From NCBI GenBank assembly GCA_973851085.1, contig OZ316775.1, positions 2,046,001 to 2,110,000 on the forward strand: a stretch of 64,000 bases of DNA. Direction: 5' to 3'. A program made the position numbers and the translations under genes. Under the pieces are notes generated by a model, which was not told where the DNA came from, searched no databases, and saw only the letters and a program-made list of their open reading frames with translations. The DNA is from Ptychomitrium polyphyllum (Eukaryota). Every line of letters begins with the position of its first letter. Positions within the stretch are counted from its first letter, which is position 1. Positions 54,101 through 64,000 of this stretch are shown here, one piece after another.

Positions 54101-54681
54101 TACCAAGAACACAGGAAACAAGAAACATAAATGAAGTGTTTCCTAAGAAGTAGCTTCAAAAGAGCTAATAATTAACAAGAACTTAATACAGAGACTAAAA
54201 CAAGGCAGGATACAATATGATCCACAATTTGTATTGGCAAGACTAAAAATGCCTTTTCATGCCTCCTATTTATACTATGATTCTTGTATTTCTTAGGATA
54301 CTTCTAAAGAAGCTTCCTATAAGGTTTAAGAATATTTTAGAAGTCTATGGAATCATCATGAGAAGCTCTTAAGTAATTGGAATCTTCTTGGAAAATTTCC
54401 TAAGGTGGTGGAATCTTCTTAGGAAGTTTTTGAAAGAGGTAGAACCTTCCTAGGAAGTTTTTGAAAGAGGTAGAACCTTCTTAGGAAGTTTTCTAGAGTA
54501 ATGGAATCTTTTTCTAAAGTTTCCTAAGGTGGTGGAACTTTCTTAGGAAATTTTTCAAGGACTTGGAAACGATTATGGAAACAACTATGGAAAAATTGAA
54601 AGTATTATAAGAAGCTATTATAATATATCAAAAGATTTAGAAGGTACTAAAGACTATGTTGCATGATCTATGTTTGTGACA
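54101..54681 (-). repeat. 3' LTR of the chromovirus
   Basis: Begins TGTCAC on the minus strand right after the PPT and aligns along its length with 60073-60715. Internal ~30-bp AGGAAGTTT..GTAGAACCTT subrepeats. Confidence 0.9.
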
Positions 54682-56692
54682 TCACCTCCTTTTTAGCGAT
54701 GAATTCCATGAAGAACTCTTCTTGTAGCTTGCTCATCACATCTCCACAAATTCCAAAATTTGTCAAAGAAGAGAAATAATATATTTTGCTCGATGTTCAT
54801 TGTCCACTGGTTCAATTGGTCATTGCAAGAGATCCCAATGACCACCAATCAGACTTCTATTGTTGAAATGTCCCAGCCTAAGATTTAATCTTCATTAAAC
54901 CCTTTAAAATATCTTCCAAACAAAATCTCGGAACGTCCAAGAGTGACTCTTTTAATTTCTAATAAAATGACTAGAGCGCAAGCATTTGAATCAAAATTAG
55001 AATGTGAAGGGCAACGAGCCATTACTTATGCACGAGGTCGTACTTGACATTAGAATGTCATTTTGTATATCTTGGCTTAGATCCTATATTACTGAAGGCT
55101 AAGAAAGTTGAATTGGCTCAATAGGTACTGTTGTTGTTGTTAATGAAAGTACGGCCGACTGTTCTTCATGCATATCCATGATAATACAAAGATTTGACAT
55201 ATAAGCTAGGATCTAGAAATGATCTATCTTGGAAATAATGCTGCATACAATTGGAGGTTTGGATATCTTCCTTCCCTTCTTATACATTATTATGAAAAAA
55301 ACTTCTCCGTGAAGCTAACAGCTACTGATAACATGTCATCATTGACCTGGCTTTTGAGGATATCTTTAATGAAATTTGCGTACCTTATTAGGTGCATTTC
55401 TTACGTTCATCAAAGGTTCCCATGTTTGGTCATTAATGCCTTATCCTTGCCAATGTATAAGGTATTCCATACGTCCATTCTTGATGCGTGAATCTAAAAT
55501 CTCTTTGACTTCATACTCCATTTCATTATTGATTTCCAGCAAAGAAAGCGGAGGAACAACCCTTTCTACTATACATAACTTGTTGTAGATTTCCAAGAAC
55601 AATACGTGGAATATTAGATGAACTTGCATGATTGGTAGTAGTTTGAGCAATAATTAACTGCATTTACCTGTTTGCTAATTTCAAATGGTCCCAGCCTTTG
55701 ATAGTCTAGCTTCTTTGACGTTATTTTTGTTTGTATGTTTTGTTGTAGGAGCCATACACTATCTCCAACCTTGAACTTTAGATGGTTGTTCTAATGAGGA
55801 TCTGCATAACTTTTGTAACAATCTTAAGCTTATTATAATTGGAAAGCAATTTCTTGGTTAATTTTAGCAAGTTGAGTTGCAAAATCCTCTACTACAGGGG
55901 TTCCAACATGCTTGACTTGAAATGAATCTACTCGAGAATAATAGCCATAGTTTGCAAAGAATGGACTTTGAGTTGTTGAAGAATGCATTCTATTGTTTTA
56001 AGCAAACTCTACCAAAAAAAAAGATCCATCAAGTTGTCTTGCTTGTAGTTTATGTTGCAACAAAGATACTATTCCAAAATTTGATTCACACATTTGGTTT
56101 AACCATCAGTTTGCGGATGGTATGCTAAAAAATGTTGATCTTTACGCACAATAGCTAGAATAGAATCTTCCAAAAGTTGGAAATGAACTACGGCCCTTGA
56201 TCAAATACAATATCATTTGGTAGTTTATGTATGCAATAGACGTAATTTATGAATAACTTGGCAGTTTCTTCTTCCATTACCATCTTATTGCATTGAATGA
56301 AATGTGCCATCTTAGTAAACTAATCTACCACTACCAAAATAAAATCCTTAGAATCAGAGTTTGAAAAATCCGTGATGAAATCCATTAATAATGACAACCA
56401 TGGGCCCTTTAGCACAGGAAATAGATGGAGGAGACCATAATGTTGGTGTCTTGGTACCTTGGCCCTTGGACAAGTGTCACAAAATCAAACGAAGTCTTTC
56501 ACGTATTTCTACATTTGCGGCCACCAATAGTCTCTAACAATCAACTCCATTATTTTATTGAATCCAAAATGCCTCGTTGCTGGAAAATCATGACGTGCTT
56601 GAAGGATCTTCATTGCAAAGGGCCTGGAAATAGGTACAAAAGTCCTTTATAATAAAGTAAGTCTTTTTGGAATTCAAAATCTTCATTGCTAT

Positions 56693-57055
56693 TATCACGG
56701 ACATAGATCATGTAATATGGTCCTTAGAACATTCTAGAACCTTCTACTATACTATAGTAGCTATTTAGAATACTTTTAAATCTCTCCATAATCTTTCCAT
56801 GTTCTTAGGAAGCTTTCAAGGAAAGTTCCTCCACCTTATGAAACTTCCTAGGAAGATTCTACATCTTTAAGAAACTTTCTAAGAAGGTTCTACATCTTTA
56901 AGGTATTCCTTAGTCTTGCTAACATAAGTTGTGGACCATCTTGAATCCTGCCTTGTTCTAATCTTTGTATCAAGTTTTTGTTAATCATTAACTCTTTAGA
57001 AGCTGATTTTTAGAAAATACTTCGTTTTTGCTTCTTGTTTCTTGTGTCTCTAACA
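56693..57055 (+). mobile_element. Internally deleted solo LTR of the same family, inserted in opposite orientation inside pol
   Basis: Starts TATCACGGACATAGATCATG (matches LTR start TGTCAC..ACATAGATCATG), ends CTAACA, and is flanked by GCTAT / ACTAT (5-bp TSD, one mismatch). Confidence 0.85.
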
Positions 57056-60000
57056 ACTATTATATTTGAAACAAAATTTGTTGTCTTTGAAGCGCTTCTT
57101 TATATTTCAAACAAAAATATCATTCTTTAAAGCCTTCCAAATTTTGTCAAGATGGGATGTTGAAGTAATAATTGTTATTTTCAATTGAGGATTCTGTCGC
57201 TTCAATAAAATAGTTGTTTGTTGATTCAAATCATAATCTCTAAGTTGAGGAGCTAAATAAGTTTTTTGGGATAAGGCATTTGGTTTATTTTGTAGGCTAT
57301 TAAGTCTATAAGTAGTGACAAAGTCAAATCTGGAAAGCAATATACTCCACCTTGCTTGATGGCAATTCAAAATGCGCGCGCTCATGAAATATTCTAAATT
57401 GTTGTGGTCTGTATATATTGTAATGGTATGTTGAGCTCCTTCCAACAAGTATTGCCATTCCTAAAATGCATCCACAATTACAAGTAAGTCCTTATCATAT
57501 ATATCATAATTCATTTTTGTCACTAAGAACTTTTTTAAACAAAAGGCAATAGCGTGGAGTCTCTTGTCTTTATCATATTGTGAGAATATTGAGCCAAGCC
57601 TAAAATCTGAGGCATCCGCTTCCAAATAAAAAGGCTTTGATGGATTTGGATGAATAAAGATTGGAGCCGACATTAATAATTTCTTAAGATTTTAAAATGT
57701 TTTTTTGCCTCTTCATTCCAAGTGAATTTTTGCTTCTCTGTAAGTTGTGTCAATGGTGCCGCAATTTTGGAATAATCTTAAATGAATATCCTGTAGAAGT
57801 TTGCAAATCCCAAGCATTGAACATTTCGAATTGATCTTGGCATATTATACTCCATGATAGTGCTTAGTTTCTTCTCGTCTATATGGATTCTTTGTTTGGA
57901 GATGATGTTGCCTAAAATTTCAAGCGAGGATTTATAGAAAAGGTACTTCTCTAATTTAGCATATAATCCTTGCTGGCATAGTATTTTTTAGATCAGTTGC
58001 ACATGACAATTGTAATCTTGTTCATCGTTTGAATATTTCAAAATGCCATTTAAATATATGACTACAAAATCATCTAAGTATTCATAGAAGATGTCATTCA
58101 TCATGTGTTGGAAGACTGCAAGGGCATAAATAAAGCCAAAAGGCATGACATTGTACTCAAAATGGCTACATCTAGATTGAAAAGTTGTCTTCCATTCGTC
58201 TCCTTTCATGCATATAAGGTTGTAAGCTACCCTAAGATTAATTTTGGTGAATATCTTTACTTGGTCAAATTGCTATAGGAGTTTTGAGATTAATAGTAAT
58301 TGATAGCAATTCTTTTTTGTTACTTTATTGAAGCCTTGATAGTCCACGCACATACGTAATGATCTATCTTCTTTCTTTATAAATATAACAGGTCTTCTAA
58401 CATCTGATTTAGAATGTTGGTTGAAGCCCTTTTTGACGTTTTCATTAATATATTCTCTCAAGGTAGTCAATTTGGTTTATTATAGGTTATAAATAGGTTC
58501 AAAAGATAGTTGAGCTCCTCCTTGCAATTCAATGGTACAATCATAAGGCCAATGCTTTAGGAATAAGTCTGCATTCTTCTTTTTAAAAATGTCTTTATAA
58601 TCTTGATATTAACGAGGTTTGTTTCAATTAATCTTTATTATAGAGTCAGAGATTGGCGTGGCATAAATGGCATAGATTGGTATATTCTTTGCTGCTCTCA
58701 AGAATGCCTTAGCTCCAATAAATGATGATCTAAGATTTCTTGAATCTTAACGTCTTTTCCTTAAAACCACAATCCGTGAAAGCTAATCAATGTCTGGATT
58801 ATGTAATTCAAACTAAGAATGGTCCAAGACAATAGGATTTGTTTGGCATTGAATAATGTTGAAGACAATTTTAGATGCTTGGTCTCCTAAAAACCTCTGA
58901 AGGTTGAATTTCAATAATATTGTTAGATGCAAGAGATTGTCCATCAATAACTTCAATAGATGCGGGATATAATTTTTTTACAAGCACCATGAAATGTTTC
59001 GTTGCAAATTCTTATCCATTTAGCATGTCGTTGCACCAATGTCCAAAAGAGCTTTATTAACTATTTTATCATCCAATAATTTAATTTTGATAGGAAACGT
59101 AAAGCAAAAGGTAGGGCTTGAAGGTAGTAAGACAATTCTTTTAATTTGGCTATCACGCATTATATGTCCTGACTTGCTACAATATAAACATAGGTGTCCT
59201 CTTCAAAGCCTTTCTTTTTCTTCTAGAATCAAACGTCTAAATTAGGCAGCATCAATTTGCATGGATTTTGGTCCTTGTGGTTGGCTTTCCAATACCTTGC
59301 CGTACTGATTGCCATCCCAAACTTTATTCTTGGCGCCTCTCAAATAGTCTATTGTCACATGCTATTCCTTGAATGATGAATTTGTCTAATGTTTCAACTC
59401 GTGGCATTATGAATAGCAAGTCTATCATATTCTCTCTTAAGCCTCATCAAAATCATGTGACGAAGGCCTTATTATTCCAATCAAGGTCGCAAGTTAGTTG
59501 TTAAAACTCTGCAGCATATGTAGCAGCTGAGCGCTATTCTTGTTGTAGATTCTAAATCTTTGTTTAAGCCACCCTCTCTTGGTCGATGTCTCCAAAAGTA
59601 GATATCAACGCTTCTATGAAAGCATTTAAGTTGTTCAACAATGGTGACTATTTCTCCATTAATAGTGCAACCTACAATAGTGCATTGTTTAATATAAAAG
59701 TGGCTATAAATTCTACTTTAGTTGTGCCATCATGATGGCGAAATTGACGCAAACTAAGGAAAAGCCTTACTTATTGAACAAAGCCTTTCAATTTTGATTA
59801 TGATCCATCAAACTTGTCTAGCATGCTAATCTTTGACTTTGCATGGTTTTAACGTAAGCCTTTTCTTCCAATATTGGCCTCTTGCAATCAAACAACATCT
59901 TGATATAGATTTTGAATATCACCATTGGATTCTTCAGCTTGCCAAGTGTTAGTTTAGAAAAAGGTAATCTACAACCTCTAAGACATTATGAAATCCTAAA

Positions 60001-60072
60001 GAAGATGAGTAATCTACAATCTTCTTCAAAGAACCTTAACTTTGACAAAGTTAAATAATAGTCTTTCTAAAC

Positions 60073-60715
60073 TGTTAGGAACACAAGAAAGAAGGAATAC
60101 AAATGAAGTGTTTATGAAGAAGTAGCTTTTAAAGAGTTAATGATTAACAAAAACTTGACACATAGACTAGAACAAAGCATGATACAAGATGATCCACAAC
60201 TTGTATTGGCAAGACTAAAAAATACCTTTTTTTGCCTTCTATTTATACTATGACGCTTGTATGTCCTAGGATACTTCTAAAGAAGCTTCCTACAAAGCTT
60301 AAGAATGTTTAAGAAGTCTATGGAATCTTTCCAAGAATTTTCCTAAGATATTGGAACCATCTTAAAAAGCTTCCAAAGAATTAGAACCTTCCTTGGAAAT
60401 TTTCTAAGGTAGTGGAACCTTCTTAGGAAAAAAGAAGTTTTCCTAAAAGAGCTAGAATCTTTCTAGGAAGTTTCTTGACGTGATGGAACCTTTTCTAGGA
60501 AGTTTCTTGAAGTTGTAAAACTTTTAGAAGAAGTGTCTTGAGATGATGGAGCCTTCTAGAAAATATTCTGAGGTAGTAGAACTTTTCTAGGAAATTTTGT
60601 AAGAACATAGAAATTGCTATGGAGACATTTGAAAATATTCTAAAAAGCTACTATAATATACTAGAAGGTTCTAAAAGGTTTTGAAGACTATGTTGCATTA
60701 TCTATGTCCTTGACA
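60073..60715 (-). repeat. 5' LTR of the chromovirus
   Basis: TGTCAAG...CCTAACA termini on the minus strand; homologous to 54101-54681. Confidence 0.9.
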
Positions 60716-63500
60716 TATAGAAGGCCAAAAATAGAGTTGAGAGATTTAAATAAATGCAATCTTTTTTTGTAATGACATTGACGCTTGATCCACTGTTAAG
60801 TAATACATTAATTATTTTATATCTGCCGTTCATTAATAAAATGATTGGCATATGGCAGTTGACAATTGTAATAGCATTGATTGGTACAAAAATAATAGTT
60901 TCTATTACTGTTACCAAATAAAGATGGTTGTGAAGATAAGTGACAAGTTTTGAAAAAATTCAAATGAGTTTTGATAATGAAATTGAAACATTTTGTTTTC
61001 AAAGTTGTATATATATTTGTTGGGCTACAAAAGAACCAGGAATGTTGGATTGATCTAGTAGATAAGTGATCAACATTAGTGGTGGATTGTTTTGGAGCTC
61101 CTATACAATACAAATTATTTGATTGCAAACATTCTCAATTTTTTGCTAGTTGATGTCTTCTAGTATAGGTGTTGATGGTAGAAGAGTAGCTATTGTTTAG
61201 CTATAAGTTATTGATTCAACTGGCGAAATCCAATAGTATTCACATTGAGAAGAGGATTACGTTCTTGCTTCTTCTTTTAGATGAGGCATTTAACTTCTTT
61301 GTTTTAATGTAAAGGACATTGATGGCCAAGGTAATAAATTAATCTGCACATGTGGCAAGAAAAGCGCTAGGTAAAATGAAGCTGTCAACAATGGTCAATA
61401 AAAACAATATTGATCACGTTTCTATCTAATGAATGGTTGGAAGTTGTTGTCTTTATTTAGCGTAACCGCTATTTGAATTCTAGTAACAAGAATTCCAAGT
61501 ATAATTCCAGTGATTGCAATTGGTATATGGTTGAATAGTTTGGTAGGATTGGTTGGAAGTATTGGAGAAGTGTGAGAAAGGCTTTGGTAGTCTTCTTTTT
61601 GCTAATTGGACGGATTTAAATGTCTCATTAAAGGTAGCTCTTAAAAGTTCCACTAAAATAACTTGAATGTACTTATAAACCACTAAATCTAGCTTAAAAG
61701 GTGCTAAACATAAAAGTATCATCTAGTGGATTGATAAAGTTCCGAGCAAATTCTAAAAGACATTCATCAAAGTCTTTGACCTAGTTGGAAGAATTTTGGC
61801 TCACAATTTGGAAATGAATGTAGATTTACTCATTAGTTTTAATCAATCAATAACAATTTTTGAAAACAAGGAAAAAGTCATTTAGGCTCTAGGAAGGGAA
61901 TTGGATGCAATAGAATGCAAACCACATAAATTCCTTGTCACTAAAGGTACTACCAAATAGTTCTAATTTGACAACCAAATTGATTTTTTCATTAAAGTAA
62001 GTGCAAATAAAAACTTTTTACAATGGTGTTCATGACATAAAGAATGCACAAATGGAAGTATAACAGAGAGAAGTGGAACCAGTGGTGTTGCTACTGGATG
62101 GTGTTTCTTTTAACCGGTAATAATTGGAGGATGAAGAAAAATAGAAAAAAAATAGATAATGCTATGGATTTGATTTTAGTCATAGAAAGGGCAAAACAAT
62201 GGTGAAATAGTGTTAAATGGAGGGAAGAAATAGATGGAAAGGTTATGTGTGGCAAGTGTTGGAAAAATACTGATTTAAAGGTCAGCAAAAACCTTAGGAG
62301 TGAAATAAATCAAAGTTGTGGTATGTAAAAGACGGATTACCAGTAGTGGAAAAAGAATTAATAGTGCTAGGACTATTAAAAGGCCCCTCTTGGTTTGGTG
62401 GTTGGAAAAAATATACAGTTGTAGTTGATGTATGTTTAAGAAATTCCTACTAAAAAAAATAGGTGGATGATATTGATTGTTGGACAAAAGAAAATGGAGA
62501 TTGTACTTAGACAAAATGGTGTCCATTGGTTTATTGGAATTTGGAAGATATATTAAATTGATGGATTAATTTTTTTTTTAAATGATATATCATTTAAAAG
62601 AGTGCACAAAACTTATGGAAGATAGTGACTACAAGATGGATTTGGTAATTGTGCATTATAGAGGCATTGATAAGAATGGAAATGGTTGTTATTTTTGGCA
62701 ATTCTATGACTCAGGGTATTCAATAGTGGATTCATTAATAATGATTTAGAGAAGGATGGAACATTTATGGTAGAAACCAAAAGATTAAGCAAATGTAAGG
62801 TGTGGATTAGGTTTAAATTGTTAGATTCAGCAGAGGTGAGTTCTAAAGGAAGCAAAGGTCTTTAGATATAAGTGAACGAACGGCTCATAGAATGAGATGA
62901 TTCAATACCAAAAAATTATGTTAAATTGTATAAAAGTTGTATTATGGTAGACAGTATAATCAATCGCAAAGATCAAAGCTTTGAATATTTTGCAGAAAAA
63001 ACAAGGCACCATGATTAAACTAGAAGATCTTAAATGAATATTCTTGGTTAGGAATTTATTTGCAAACTCCTATGGCGTAAAGATAATTACAAAGGACTCA
63101 AAATATATGAAAGGATTTGAGCAAAAGAAACCTATTCAAAATAGTGCATGATTACCAAATGTTATGGTTGGTAACCGCTAAACACAAAAGTATTAGTAGC
63201 TAAAAGCTTTACAAGAGTTGAAAGCGGAAGAATACTCGCAAATAATCTAGGAATATGTATAGGAATTATAATATACTAAGCTATAGAAGCAATACACTTC
63301 ACTAGTCTAGAAACAAAAGTTGATTAATGATACAAGATACAACACACTCTCAATTCTCAAACCACATGCTATCTATTTATTAAAAACAAGTGGAAAGTCT
63401 TGATGACTAGAAAGAAGACTTTGAATAAATTCAAAATGCATTCTATAGAAATTTCATCATATAATAATTAAAAATAAATTGTAACAAATATGTCTTTTAT
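60716..63500 (-). mobile_element. Decayed gag-protease portion (and possible LTR) of an outer Ty3/gypsy element
   Basis: Protease-like INVLLNSGSSVNVI (DSG motif degenerated, ~60770-60815) and gag-like VKLELFGSTFSDKEFMWF (~61920-61975). Possible LTR end at TGGTAACCGCTAAA ~63168. Right boundary is approximate. Confidence 0.65.
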
Positions 63501-64000
63501 AGAAGTGAAGATTAAAAAATTGTAATGCTTTTGATGTTTTTGCAGCAGCAATCTATAAGTTGCTTTTCCTTGTATTTGAATTAGTATTACATTTTCATTT
63601 AGCATGTGGCATTTTTACAAATACTATGTTTAATATGAAATATACAATGATAGGTGGGCTATTTCCATAAATACCATGAAATCACTAGTGTATAGACACA
63701 CTTGTTTAACAGTTGAAGTCCTTCCTTTACCTCAAAATTCTTTTACGTATTGGAACCTGTATTGGAACCTCAATTTGATTCTTATAATGCAAAGTTGGTC
63801 ACCCCCAAAAAGAGGTCTTAAAGAATTCTCAAAGTTATCCTCAACTTATAATGTCAACAAAAACCACCTTTGTAAAGGTAGCAGCCATTTGGTACAAGAA
63901 AGCATGGTTAATTTTCATAACTAGGGACTCTTTGATGATCAATTGCCCTTTCTCTGAAACCCATTGATATTCTTCCTTGATCATCATTACAAAAGATCCA

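Larger units (their letters stand above)
54101..60715 (-). mobile_element. Full-length but decayed chromodomain-bearing Ty3/gypsy LTR retrotransposon (chromovirus, Tcn1-like)
   Basis: Paired LTRs. Gag (KFDGS...; zinc knuckle CLYCSKSGH ~59160-59190), protease (LLDIGAT ~59040), RT (LRMCVDY, EWKTTF..HFEYNVMPFG, YLNG for YLDD), RNase H (LEADASDF, IYTDHNNLEYF, QARW), integrase (~55900-56650), chromodomain EYEVKEILDSR...EYLIHWQG (~55440-55520), and PPT AAAAAGGAGGTGA next to the 3' LTR. Confidence 0.93.

Overview
Eukaryotic, plant nuclear DNA, very probably from a moss: it carries a PPM1/PpMADS1-type MIKCc MADS gene with the NRLHAN C-terminus and a chromodomain-bearing Ty3/gypsy element. I reconstructed six protein-coding genes by hand: a Dof zinc-finger TF (-, single coding exon), plastid HSP90C (-, 19 exons), 5-formyltetrahydrofolate cyclo-ligase (+, 7 exons), a signal-peptide-bearing methylesterase/SABP2-like alpha/beta-hydrolase (-, 5 exons), a MIKCc MADS-box gene (-, 9 coding exons) and a SAC8-like phosphoinositide phosphatase (+, 20 exons). 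The last ~11 kb is a three-layer nest of decayed Ty3/gypsy elements. The most notable signals are: a U12-type AT-AC intron and three GC-AG introns; a candidate miR538 site overlapping the MADS C-terminal motif; no in-frame AUG in the first SAC coding exon (possible GUG start); an apparently secreted methylesterase; and a 2.4-kb spliced-looking region with decayed ORF fragments directly upstream of 5-FCL. I found no convincing evidence of a wholly new multi-gene system. Family assignments rest on motifs recognised from memory, not on database searches.
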